This document shows, one piece after another, positions 28,201 to 43,200 of a DNA stretch of 64,000 bases. Position 1 is the stretch's first letter; each line of letters begins with the position of its first letter. The notes beneath the pieces were generated by a model, which was not told the DNA's origin, did no database searches, and was given only the letters and a program-made list of their open reading frames with translations. The position numbers and the translations under genes were made by a program. This DNA comes from Isurus oxyrinchus (taxonomy: Eukaryota): contig JANJGN010000016.1 in assembly GCA_026770705.1 (NCBI GenBank), positions 86,242,001 through 86,306,000 on the forward strand, given 5' to 3'.

Positions 28201-31200
28201 TACCCATGGGTCCCTCAGCCCCCACCCCTCGGCATTCAGCCAAAACCCATCCACAGCATCACCCACCACCCAACACCCGGCATCAGCCAAACCCCACTCA
28301 CACCAAGCATCACCCACCCCCCCAACCCTGCCATCACCTACCCATGGCATGACCCAAACCCTACCACCGGCATCACATACCCCCTCGCACCCCGGCATTA
28401 TCCACCCCACCCCACACCCGCCACCATCCACCACCCCCCCATCCCAGGCATCAATCAGCGCCCCCCACTGCTCGGCATTACCCACCCACTTCCCCAGGCA
28501 TCACCCACGCCCACAACCCTGGCATCACACACCCCCTCTCCCCCAGCATTACCCAAACCCCCACCCCCGGCATCACCTATTTCCCCACCCCCGGCATCAC
28601 CTATTTCCCCAAACCCGGCATCACCCACCATCCCAACCCCGCATCAGCCACACCCCTACCTTAGGCATCAGCCACGCCCATCACCTCGGCATCACCCACC
28701 CCCTCACCACCGGCACCACAAACCACCCCCACCAATGACATCACCTATTCCCCACCCCTGGCATCACCCAACGCCTCAACCCCGGCATCACCCATCACGT
28801 CACCCCCGGCATCAGCCAACCACCACACGCAGTATCACTCGCCACCCGACACCCCCGGCATCAGCCAACCCCCACCAACGGCATCACCTAGGCCCCCATC
28901 CCAGGCACCAACCACCCCCGACCCGCGGCATCGCCCACCCCCCTTCCCAAGGTGTCACATATGTCCACAACCCCGGCATCACCTATTCCCCCACCCCAGG
29001 CATGACCCACCATCCCACCCCTGGCATCACCCACCCACTACCCCAAGCATCAGCCACGCCCATCACCCCAGCATCACCCAACCCCTGCCCCACACCTGAC
29101 ACCAACTATTCCCCCAACACCGGCAACACCCACACCCCTAACGCTGGCACCACCCACTCCCGGCATCACCCACACCACCACCCCCATCCATGGGTCCTTC
29201 ACCAACACCCCCCGGCATTCAGCCAGTGCCCACCCGCGACGTCACCCACCACCTAACCCCCGGCATCATCCAATCCCCACCCACACCCAGCATCACCCAC
29301 CCCTCCAACCCTGCCAACACCCACCCCCAGCAACACCCACACCCCCCAACATTGGCATCACCCACCCACCCCCCCGGCATCACCCACCATCTCAGCCCCA
29401 GCATCACCCACACCCTCACCCCCGGCATCACACACCCCCTCAGCCCTGGCATCACCCACCCTTCCAACCCCGGCAGGACCCATGCCCCCACTCCCGGCAT
29501 CACACACCCACCCCCCCAACCCATGGCATCACCCAAACCCTCAACCCTGGCATCACTCAAACCCCCACCCCAGCTTCACCCACCACCTCACTCCCGGCAT
29601 CACACACCCCACCAAACCCCCAGCATCACCCAAATCCTGCACCTCCGACATTACCCACCACCCCATACCTGGCATCACCCCCACACTCAACCGCGGCATC
29701 ACTCAAACCCCCACACCGGCATGACACAAACACTCACTCCCAGCATCACCCACCCACCCACCCACAGCATCACTCACCCCCTCAAACCCAGCATCACACA
29801 CCCCACCATCCCCGGCATCACCCACCCCCAAAAACCCAGCATCACCCAACCCCTCACCACCGGCATTACCCACTCACCCATACCTGGCATCACCCACCCC
29901 CCCACCTCTGGCATCACCAACACCACCCCCCCCAAACTCCCGCCACCACCCACACCACCACCACAGGCATCATCCTCCACCCCCACCCCAACTCCCAGCA
30001 CCACCCACCCCACCAACCCTGGCATCACCCACTCCTGGCATCAACCACCCCCCTACACCCGGCATCACCCACCATCCCCACCCCCAGCATCAGCCACGTT
30101 CTCACATCAGCAACACCCACACCCACACTCCTGGCATCACCAACACCCCCTACCCCGGCATCACCCACACCCTCACGCCCGGCATCACACACCCCACCAC
30201 CCCCAGCATCACCCAAAACCCGCATCCCCGACATTACCCACCACCCCATACCTGGCATCACACACCACCTCACCCCAGCAACAGCCACCCCGTCACCCGT
30301 GGCTTCACCCACCCCCTCAACCCTGACATCACGCCCTCCACCCCTGGCACCTCACACCTTCTCAGCCCCGGCATCACCCAACACCCCATCTCTGGCATCA
30401 CCCACTCCATCACCCCGGCATCACATAAAGCCCCACACACGAGTCCCTCATCCACCACCCCCGGCATCACCAACTCCCCCATCCCCGGCATCAACCACAC
30501 CACCATCCCTGGCATCAGACATCCCTACCCAAGGCATCACCCATGCCCACACCCCCGGAATCACCCACACCCTTCCCCAGGCATCAAACATGCCAACAAC
30601 CCCGGCATCACCCAACCCCTCACCCCTGGCATCACCCTCCCCCCCACCACCCCCAGCCTCACCCACTCCCCGACACCTGGCATCACCCACACCACTCACC
30701 CCCGGCATCAACCACCCCCTCACTCCCGGCATTACCCACCCCCAGCATTACCCAAACACCAACCCCGGCATCACCCACCCCCCTACCCCCGGCATCACAC
30801 TCCCCCTCACCCCCGGCATCATCCAACCCTCCCACACACCCAGCATCACCCACATCCCATCCCCGGCATCAACCTCTCCCCCACACCCGGCAACACCCAC
30901 ACCCCCCACTCCGGGCATCACCCACCTCACCACCACCGGCATAACCCACCACCCCCACCCCTGGTATCACCTGCCCCTCACCCCCAGCATCACCCAACTC
31001 CCCACCCATGGGTCCCTCATCCACCACCCCCGGCATCAGCCAACTCCCACCCGCAGTAGCACCCACCACCCGACACCCGGAGTCAGCCAAAACCCACCCA
31101 TGGAATCACCCAACACCCAGCACCAGCATCACCCACACCCCCAACTTTGGCATTACCCACTCCCCACCCCTGGCATCACCCAGGCCCCCATCCCAGGCAT

Positions 31201-34200
31201 CAACCACCCCCTGACCCACGGTATCGCCCACCCCGTACCCCATGCCCACAACCCTAGCATCACCTATTCCCCCACCCACTGGCATGACCCACCATCCCAC
31301 CCCTGGCATCACCCACGCCCATCATCCCCCCATCACCCACCCCCTCACCCTTGGCATCACACAGCCCCCTCCCACAAAACCGACATCACCCACACCACCA
31401 CTGCCGGCATCACCCACATCCCCCACCGTAACTCCCGGCATCACCCACAACCCCTACCCCGGCATCACCACCCCCACACGCCCGGCATCAACCACCCCCT
31501 CGCCCCCAGCAACTTCCAACCCCCAACCTCTGGCATTACACACTGCCTCACCCTCAGCGTCACCCAACCCCCTACCCATGGGTCCCTCACCCCCCACCCC
31601 TCGGCATTCAGCCAAAACCCATCCACAGCATCACCCACCACCCAACACTCAGCATCAGCCAAACCCCACCCACACCAAGCATCACCTGCCCCCCCAACCC
31701 TGCCATCACCCACCCATGGCATGACCCAAACCCTACCACCGGCATCACACACCCCCTCGCACCCTGGCATTATCCACCCCACCCCATCCCCACCACCATC
31801 CACCACCCCCCCATCCCCGGCATCAACCACCCCGCAAACACGGCATCACCCAGCCCCCAACCCTGGTATCACCCACCCCCTGCATTACACACCCCCCTAC
31901 CCATGGCATCACCCACCACCCCCACCCCCAGCAACAGCCACACTGGCATCACCCACTCCCAGCATCTCCTACTCCACCACCCCCGGCATCACCCGGAACT
32001 CCCACACCCACTCCTGGCATAACCCACACCTCCTATCCCGGCAACACAACCCCCTCACTCCCGGCATCACCCACACCCCCGACCCCGGCACCACCACCCC
32101 CTCACGCCCGGCATCACACACTCCCCCAACCCCGGCATCACCCAGCCCCCCACCTCCGGAATCACCCAACTCCCCCACCCATGGGTACCTCACCCCCACC
32201 CCCAGCATCAGCCAACCCCCTCCACCTGCATCACCCACACACCCACCTCTGGCATTACCCACTCCCCCAACCCCGGCATCACCCAGGCCCCCATCCCAGG
32301 CATCAACCAGCAACCCCCCCGCTCGGCATTACCCACCCACTTCCCCAGGTGTCACCCACGCCCACAACCCTGGCATCACACACCCCCTCACCCCCAGCAT
32401 ACCCACCCCCCCACCCCCGGCATCACCTATTTCCCCACCCCTGGCATCACCTATTTCCCCACTCCCGGCATCACCCACCATCCCAACCCCGGCATCAGCC
32501 ACACCCCTACCTCAGGCATCAGCCACGCCCATCACCTCGGCATCACCCGCCCCCTCACCACCGGCACCACAAACCACCCCCATCACTGACATCACCTATT
32601 CCCCCACCCCTGGCATCATCCAATGCCTCAACCCCGGCATCACCCATCACGTTACCCCCCGGCATCAGCCAACCACCACGCGCAGTATCACTCGCCACCC
32701 GACACCCGGCGTCAGCCAAGCCCCACCAACGGCATCACCTAGGCCCCTATCCCAGGCACCAACCACCCCCGACCCGCGGCATCGCCCACCCCCTTCCCCA
32801 GGCGTCACATACGTCCACAACCCCGGCATCACCTATTCCTCCACCCCCGGCATGACCCACCATCCCACCCCTGGCATCACCCACCCCCTACCCCAAACAT
32901 CACCCACGCCCATCACCCCGGCATCATCCACCCCCTGCCCCACAACCGACACCACCTATTCCCCCAACACCGGCAACACCCACACCCCCAACGCTGGCAC
33001 CACCCACTCTCGGCATCACCCACACCACCACCCCTCACCCATGGGTCCCTCACCAACACCCCCGGCATTCATCCAATGCCCACCCGCGGCGTCACCAACC
33101 ACCTAACCCCCGGCATCATCCAATCCCCACACACCCGCAGCATCACTCACCCCCCCCCCAATCCCGGCATCACCGACCACCCCCAACGCCAGCCCAACCC
33201 CTCACCGCCAGCAACACCCACCCCCCCAACCCTGCCATCACCCAGCCCCGGCATGACCCACCCCCTACCCCTGGCATCACACATTCCCTCGCACCGCGGC
33301 TTTATCCACCCCACCCCACGCCTGCCACCATCCATTCCCCCATCCCCGGCATCAACCAACCCCCACACCCGGCATCACGCAGCCCCCAACCCTGGGATCA
33401 CCCACCCCCTGCATCACACACTACCCCCAACCCCGGCATCACCCAAAACACTACACCTGGCATCACCCACTACTGCATCCCCACCACCCACTCCCCCACC
33501 CCCGCCACCATCCACCACCCCCCCATCCACGGCATCAACCATCCCCCAACACCCGGCATCACCCAGCCCCCAACCCTGGTATCACCCACCCCCGGCATTA
33601 CACACTCCCCTACCCATGGCATCACCACCCCCCCACCCCCAGCAACAGCCACACCGCCAACACTGGCATCACCGACTCCCAGCATCACCCACCCCACCAC
33701 CCCCGGCATCACCCAGAACCCCCACACCCACTCCCACCATCAACCACACCCCCTACACCAGCATCACCCAGCCCCCCACCTCCGGCATTACCAACGCCCT
33801 CACCCCCAGCATCATCCAACCCCCCACCCATGGGTCCCTCACTCCCACCCCCGGCATCAGCCATCCCCCAAAACCTGCATCACACACGCTTCCACTTCTG
33901 GCATTATCCACTCCCCCACCCCCGGCATCACCTAGGCCCCCATCCCAGGCATCAACCAGCACCCTTCCGCTCATCATTACCCACCCTCTACCCCAGGCGT
34001 CATCCACGCCCACAACCCCGGCATCACACATCCCCTCACCCCCAGGATCACCCCACCCAACTCCCAGCATCACCTATTCCCCCACTCCCAGCATCACCCA
34101 TCCCCTCAACCCCGGTATCACCCATCATGTCACCCCCATCATCCGCCACCCACGGGCAGTATCACGCACCACCAGACCCCCGGCACCAGCCAACCCCCAA

Positions 34201-37200
34201 CGACGGCATCACCCAGACCTCCATCCCAGGCATCAACCACCCCCCGACCCGCGACATTGCCTACTCCCTACCCCAGGCGTGACTCATGCCCACAACCCCG
34301 GCATCACCTATTCCCCCACCCTTGGCATGACCCACCATCCCACCCCTGGCATCACCCACCCCCAACACCAGGCATCAACCACGCCCATCACCCCGGCATC
34401 ACCCACTCCCCCAACTCCGTCATCACCCAGCACCCCCACCCCCGGTATCACCTCCCCCCTCAACCCCAGCAACACCCACACCGCCAACACTGGCATCACC
34501 CACTCCCGGCATCACCTACACCACCGCCCCCGGCATCACCAAGAACCCCCACACCCACTCTCGGCATCACCCACACCCACTACCCCGGCATCACCACCCC
34601 CACACGCCCGGCATCACCCACTCCCCCACCCCCGGCATCTCCCAGACCCCACCTCCGGCATTACCCACTCTCTCACACCCAGCGTCACCCAACCCCCCAC
34701 GCGCGGTATCACCCACCACCCGAGCCCTGGCATCAGCCAACCCCCACCCACGGCATCACCCAGCACCCAGCACTGGCATCACCCACACCCCCACCTTTGG
34801 CATTACGCACTCCCCCAACCCTGGCATCACCCAGGCCCCCATCCCCGGCATCAACCACCCCCCCACACCCGGCATCACCCAGCCCCCAACCATGGTATCA
34901 CCCACCCCCGGCATTACACACTCCCCCACCCCCGGCATCACCCAACGCCCCACCTCCGGCATTACCCACTCCCTCACCCCCATCATCACCCAACCCCCCA
35001 ACCATGGGTCCCTCACCCCCACGCCCGGCTTCAGCCAACCCCCACCACCGGCATCACCCACATTCACACCTCTGGCATCACCCACCTCCCTGACCCGCGG
35101 CATCAACCACCTCCTCACTCCCGGCATCACCCACCACCCCACGCCCAGCATCACCTAACTACCAATCACGGCATCACTCACACACATATCCTCGGCATCA
35201 CACTCCCCCACACCTCTGGCATCACCACACCCAATCCCCACCATCAACCACCCCCTACCCCTAGTTGATGCAAGTGTTGGCGGTGTGGGTGTTGCTGGGG
35301 GTGAGGGGGCAGGTGATCACTCCCCCAACCCGGTATCACCCAGCCCCCCACCTCCAGCATTACCCTCTCCCCCACCAACGGCATCACCCAGCACCCAGCA
35401 CCGGCATCACCCACTCCCCCACCCCTGTCATCACCCAGCCCCCCACCTCCGGCATTACCCACTCCCCCAACCCACCATCACCCAACTCCCCACCCATGTG
35501 TCCCTCACCCCCAACCTCGGCATCAACCAACCCCACCCTCGACATCACCTATTCCCCCACCCCCCCCGGATTCACCCACACCCCGCCCCCCCCGGCATCA
35601 CCCACTCCCCCATCCCCGGCATCACCTACCCCTTCACCCCCTGCTTCACCCACACCCCCTACCCCGGCATCACCCACTCCCCCACCCTGGCACCACCCAG
35701 CACCCCCAGCTCCGGCATTAGCCACTCCCATACCCCCCAGCATCACCCAAACCAGCACTCCTAGGTCCCTAACCCCCACCCCTAGCATCACCTACCCCTT
35801 CACCCCCTGCTTCACCCACACCCCCTACCCCGGCATCACCCACTCCCCCACCCTGGCACCACCCGGCCCCCCCAGCTCCGGCATTAGCCACTCCCATACC
35901 CCCCAGCATCACCCAAACCAGCACTCCTAGGTCCCTAACCCCCACAGCCCGGCATCACCTGGCCCCCCCACCCATGGCATCATCTGCGCCCCCACATATG
36001 GCATTACCCACTTCCCCACCCCCGGCATCACCCAGGCCCCCATCCCAGGCATCAACCACCCCCTCACCCCCTGCATCACCCACCATCCCACCCCCAGCAT
36101 CATCAACCCCCTCCACCCCCGGCATTAAACACTCCTCCAACCCTCTCATCACTCAGGCACTCAACTCCGACATCACCCATCACGCTACCCCCGGCATCAA
36201 ACACCCCCGCATCCCCGGCATCACCCACCGGCCAGCCCATGGCATCACCCACCTCTCCCACCCCCAGCAACGCCCACCACCCCACCCCCGGTATCACACA
36301 GCCCCTCAGCCCAGGCATCATCCAGCCCCCCGACCCCTGCCATCACCCACTCCCCCAGCACCGGCATCACCCACCTCCACACACCTGGCATCAACAACCC
36401 CCTCCAACCCCGGCATTAAACACTCCCCCAACCCTGGCATCACTCACCCCCTCCAACCCCGGCTTCACCCACCCGCTCAAACATAGCATCAGCCATCACG
36501 CTACCCCCGGCATCAACCCACCCCCGCATCCCCGGCATCACAAACCCACCAACCCATGGCATCACCCACCCCTCCCACCCCCGGCATCGCCCACCCCCCA
36601 CCCCCCACCCTGGCATCGCCCACCCCTCCCACCCCCCATCCCTGGCATCAACCACCCCCCAACACCCGGCATGATTCACTCCCCCCAATTCCTGGCATCG
36701 CCCACACCCCAACCCCCAGCCCCGGCATCACCCACACCCCAACCTCCACCCCCGGAATCACTCAATCCCCCACTCCCGCATCACCCACCACACCCCCATC
36801 CCCAGCATCATCCAACCCTCAACCGTGGCATCACCCACCCCTGGCAACACACAAGCCCCCTACCCCTGACATCAACTATCACCCCCACCCCCGGCATCAC
36901 ACACCACCTCACACCAGCCACACCCACAGCCCCAACATTGGAATCACCCAACGCCCCACTCCTGGCATCACCCATCCCACCACCCCCGGCATCACTCACA
37001 AGCCCTACCCCCAACCCCGGCATCACCAAAACACCCCACCCCCGGCATCACCCACACCACCAACCCCGGTATCACACAACCACTCCCAACCCCGGCATCA
37101 CCAACCCCCCCACCTCCCGGCATCACCCACACCAACAACCCCGGCATCAACCACACCCTCAACCCCGGCATCAGCCCACCCTCGGCATCACCCACCCTCT

Positions 37201-40200
37201 CACCCCCCGACATCACCACCCCTCCACCCTCGCCATTACCCATCGCCCCACCCCTTGCATCACCTTCATCCAGCATCACCAAACCCTCCAGGCACCGGCA
37301 TCACCCACCCCCAGCATCACACATACCCCCAATCCCTGGCTTCACACAACACCCCACATCCCCGGCATCACACGCCCCCCTACTCCCGGCATCATCCACC
37401 CTACCCCACCCACACCCATCATCACCCACCCCTCCAACGCTGCCAACACCCACCCCAGGCATCACCCACCATCCCCACACCCAGCATCACCCACCCCCTC
37501 ACCGCCAGCAACACCGACACCACCAACCCTGCCATCACCCTGCCCTGGCATTACCCACCCCCTACCGCCGGCATCACCCAACCCCTCAACCTTGGCATCA
37601 CCCAACCGCCCCCCCCAATCCCTGACATCAACCACCCATCCAAACATGGCACCACCCACCCCCTCACCCCAGGCAACACCCACCACACCCATGCCCAACA
37701 TCACACACCTTCTCATGCCTGGCATCACCAAACACACCACCCCACCGGCATCACCAACTCCCCCACTCCCAGCATCACCCACCCCCCAGCCCCAGCATCA
37801 CCCAACCCCCAACCGTGGCATCGCCGACCCCTGGCATCACCCAGCACCCCTACCCCCGACATCACCTATCACCCCGAACCCCGGCAACACCCACCCCTCA
37901 CTCCCAGCAACAACTACACCCCCAATATTGGCATCACCCACCCCCCCACTCCAGGCATCACCCGTCCCAACACCCCCAGCATCACCCACAACCCCCACCC
38001 CCAGCCCCGGCATCACCCACCCACCCAAACCCAGCATCACCCACACATCCTCCCCCAGCATCACCCACGCCCCCACCCCGGCATCACCCACACCCTCATC
38101 CCGGCATCATGCACACCACCACTCCAGGCATCACCCACCACTTCACCCCCGGTAGCACCCAACCCCTCACCCCCGACAATACCCTCCCCCCCCATACCCC
38201 TGGCATCACCCACAACCTCAAATCCGACATCACCCCCCCACTCCAACCCCCGGCATCACCCACACCCTCACCCCCGGTATCAGACAACCCTTTTGCCCCA
38301 GCATCACCGCCCCCCACTGCTGACATCACCTACTCCCCCAACCCCGGCATGACCCATCGCCCCACCCCCGGCATCACCAACCCCAACAATCCCTGGCACC
38401 ATTCACCTCCGGCATCACTCACACCTCCACCCCAGGCAACACCAACTACCCCCAACACTGGCGTCACACATCCCCTCACTCCCAGCAAGAACTACACCCC
38501 CAAAATTAGCATCACCCACCCCCCATGCCCGGCATCACCCACAAACCCCACCCCCAACCCTGGCATCACCCACCCCTCCAACCCCGGCATCACCCACAAC
38601 ACCCATCCCCAACCCAGGCATCACAACATCCACACCCCCAGCACCACCCACAACCCCAACCCCGGCATCACCCACACCTTCAACCCCGGCATCACTCAAA
38701 CCTTCAGCCTGGCTTCATCCACCCTCTCACTCCCAGAATCACGCACCCTACCACCCATGGCATCACCGAATACCTCACCCCCGGCATCACCCAACCTCTC
38801 ACCCCCGACACCACGACCCCCCGCCCCACCGCTGGCATCACCCAACCCTCCCATCGCAGGCATCACCAACTCCCCACGAACAGGCATGACTCATCGCCCC
38901 ACCCCCCGGCATCACCAACCCCCCCAATCCCCGGCATCACTCAAACCCAGCATCGTCCACACCCCCCACCCCTGGCAACACCAACTACCACCACCCCCGG
39001 CTTCACACAAGCCCTCACCCCTGGCTTCACCCAACATCCCAACCACTGTCACTACCCACCCCTCACTTCCGGCGTCATCCACCCCACCCCCACCCCCAGC
39101 ATCACCCAGCCCCCCCAATCCTGCCATCACCCACCCCCGACATTACCCAACCCCCCATACCAGGCATCACCCACCCAATCATCCTCGGCATTAGCGCCCC
39201 ACTCCAACCCCAGGCATCAACCCCCCCACCCACGGCATCATCCACCATCTCACCCATGATACCACCACGCCCCACAACTCCGGCATCACCTGCCCCCACC
39301 ACCAACGGAATCACCCACTCCCCCATCCATGGTATGAATCATCGCCCCACCCCCTGAATCACTAACCCCCCCAACCCCCGGCATCACTCACCCCCTCACC
39401 ACCGGCATTACCCACCCCCCCCATACCCAGCATCACCACTCCCCCCACCCCCGGCATCACTCACCCTACAAACTCTGGCCTCACCAACACCCCCAACCCC
39501 CGGCATCAGCCACCCCCAGCATCACCCACCCCCCCACCCCAGGCAACACCCACCACCTCCACCCCAAATATCACACATCTCCTCACCCCTGGCTTCACCA
39601 AACACACCAGCGGCATCACTCACTCCCCCACTCCCGCATCACCCACCACTCAACCGTGGCATCACACACCCCCGGCCTCACACAACCCCCCTACCCCCGG
39701 CATCACACACCCACTCAGCCCCAGCAACACCCACACCCCCAACATTGGAATCACCCAACCCCCCACGCCCGGCATCACCCACCCCAACACCCTCGGTATC
39801 ACCCACAACCCCCCACCCTCAACCTCGGCATCACCAACCCCCCCACCCCCGGCATCACCCACACCACCAACCCCGGCATCACCCAACCAGCCCCCAACCC
39901 CGGCATCACACAGCTACCCCACCACCTCCGGCATCACTCAAAAACCCCAACCCCAACCCCGGCATCACCAAACCCCCCACCCCCGGCATCACCCACACCA
40001 TCATCCCAGGCATCACCATCCGCCCCCATCCCCGGCATCACCCACACCACCAACCCCGGCATCACCCACAACACCCACCCCCACCCCCGGCATCACCCAC
40101 ACCACCAACCCCGGCATCACCCAACCAGCCCCCAACCCCGGCATCACACAGCTACCCCACCACCTCCGGCATCACTCAAAAACCCCAACCCCAACCCCGG

Positions 40201-43200
40201 CATCACCAAACCCCCCCACCCCCCGGCATCACCCACACCATCATCCCAGGCATCACCATCCGCCCCCATCCCCGGCATCACCCACACCACCAACCCCGGC
40301 ATCACCCACAACACCCACCCCCACCCCCGGCATCACCACATCCCCACCCCTAGCACCACCCACAACCCCACCCCCGGCATCACCCACACCCTCAACCCCG
40401 GCATCACTCAAACCTCCAGCGCGGCATCACCCACTCTCTCACTCCCGGAATCACCCTGACCCCTGCCATTACACCCCCTCCCACCCTCGGCATCACCCAC
40501 GTCCCCCACCACCAGCATCACCCACCCCCTCCACCCTCGCCATTACCCATCGCCCCACCCCCGGCATCACCAACCCCCGGCATCAACAAACCCTCCAGTC
40601 ACCGGCATCTGCCACCCCCGGCATCACACACCCCCCCCAACCCCTGGCTTCACCCAACACCCCACCTCCCCAGCAACATACACCCTCCCACTCCCCGTGT
40701 CATCCACCCCCCCCCACCCAAACCCATCATCAACCGCCCCTCCAACCCTGCCAACACCCACTCCCAGCATCACTCACCACCCGCACAACGAGCATCACCC
40801 ACCCCTTCACCGCCAGCAACACCGACACCACCAACCCTGCCATCACCCTGACCCGGCATTACTCCCTGGAATCATCCACCCCACCTCACACCCGCCAACA
40901 TCCACCCGCTCATCTCCGGCATCAACCAACCCCACACCCGGCATCACGCAGCCCCCTTCCTCCGGCATCACCCATCATGCTACACCCGGAATGCCCCACG
41001 GCCGCATCTCTGGCACCACACCCCCACCAAACCGCTACCATGCACCCCCCAAATCCCGGCATCACCCACCCCCCCAACCCTGGCATCACTCACCCCACCA
41101 CCACCGGCATCACCCACAACACCCAGCCCCAACCCCGGCATCACCCACCCCCCCAACCCCGGCATCACTCACCCCACCACCACCGGCATCACCCACAACA
41201 CCCACCCCCACTCCCGGCATCACCACATCCCCAGCCCTAGCACCACCCACAACCCCACCCCCGGCATCACCCACACCCTCAACCCCGGCATCAGTCAAAC
41301 CTCCAGCCCAGCATCACCCACCCTCTCACTCCCGGAATCACCCACCCTACCACCCCTGGCATCACCCACCTCCTCACCCCAGGCATCACCAAACCCCCAC
41401 CCGCGGCATCACCCAACCCCCCCCACCGCCGGCATCACCAACCCTCCCCCACGCACAGTCATGACCCATCGCCCCACCCCCGGCATCACCCAGAACCACC
41501 ACCTCCGGCATTACCCACTCCCTCACACCCAGCATCCACCAACCCCCCCACCCATGGGCCCTCATCCCCCACCCCCAGCATCAGCCAACCGCCACGTGCG
41601 GTATCACCCAACACCCAGCACCAGCATCACCAACACCCCCACCTTTGGCATTACTCACTCCCTGACCCCCAGCATCCCCAACCCTCGCATCACCCACATC
41701 CCCCACTCCGTGTATCACCCACCCCACCACCCCCAGCAACACCCACACCACCAAAACTAGAACCACCACCCCTGGCATCACCCACCATCCCCACCCCAAC
41801 TCCCAGCATCACCCACAATCCCTAGCCCGGCATCACCACCCCCCACACGCCCGGCATCATCCTCTCCCCCACCCCTGGCATCTCCCAGCCCCCCACATGC
41901 GGCATTACCCACTCCCTCATCCTCAGTGTCACCCAACCCCCATACCCATGGGTCCCTCACCCCCACTCCCGGCATCAGCCAAACCCCACGCGCAGCGTCA
42001 CCCACTACCCCCACCCCTGGCATCAGCCAACCCCCACCCTCGGCATCACCCAACCAGCCCCCAACCCCGGCATCACACAGCTACCCCACCACCTCCGGCA
42101 TCACTCAAAAACCCCAACCCCAACCCCGGCATCACCAAACCCCCCACCCCCGGCATCACCCACACCATCATCCCAGGCATCACCATCCGCCCCCATCCCC
42201 GGCATCACCCACACCACCAACCCCGGCATCACCCACAACACCCACCCCCACCCCCGGCATCACCACATCCCCACCCCTAGCACCACCCACAACCCCACCC
42301 CCCGGCATCACCCACACCCTCAACCCCGGCATCACTCAAACCTCCAGCGCGGCATCACCCACTCTCTCACTCCCGGAATCACCCTGACCCCTGCCATTAC
42401 ACCCCCTCCCCCCCTCCCACCCTCGGCATCACCCACGTCCCCCACCACCAGCATCACCCACCCCTCCACCCTCGCCATTACCCATCGCCCCACCCCCGGC
42501 ATCACCAACCCCCGGCATCAACAAACCCTCCAGTCACCGGCATCTGCCCCCCCCGGCATCACACACCCCCCCAACCCCTGGCTTCACCCAACACCCCACC
42601 TCCCCAGCAACATAACACCCTCCCACTCCCCGTGTCATCCACCCCCCCCCACCCAAACCCATCATCAACCGCCCCTCCAACCCTGCCAACACCCACTCCC
42701 AGCATCACTCACCACCCGCACAACGAGCATCACCCACCCCTTCACCGCCAGCAACACCGACACCACCAACCCTGCCATCACCCTGACCCGGCATTACTCC
42801 CTGGAATCATCCACCCCACCTCACACCCACCAACATCCACCCGCTCATCTCCGGCATCAACCAACCCCACACCCGGCATCACGCAGCCCCCTTCCTCCGG
42901 CATCACCCATCATGCTACACCCGGAATGCCCCACGGCCGCATCTCTGGCACCACACCCCCCACCAAACCGCTACCATGCACCCCCCAAATCCCGGCATCA
43001 CCCACCCCCCCCAACCCTGGCATCACTCACCCCACCACCACCGGCATCACCCACAACACCCAGCCCCAACCCCGGCATCACCCACCCCCCCAACCCCGGC
43101 ATCACTCACCCCACCACCACCGGCATCACCCACAACACCCACCCCCACCCCCGGCATCACCACATCCCCAGCCCTAGCACCACCCACAACCCCACCCCCG

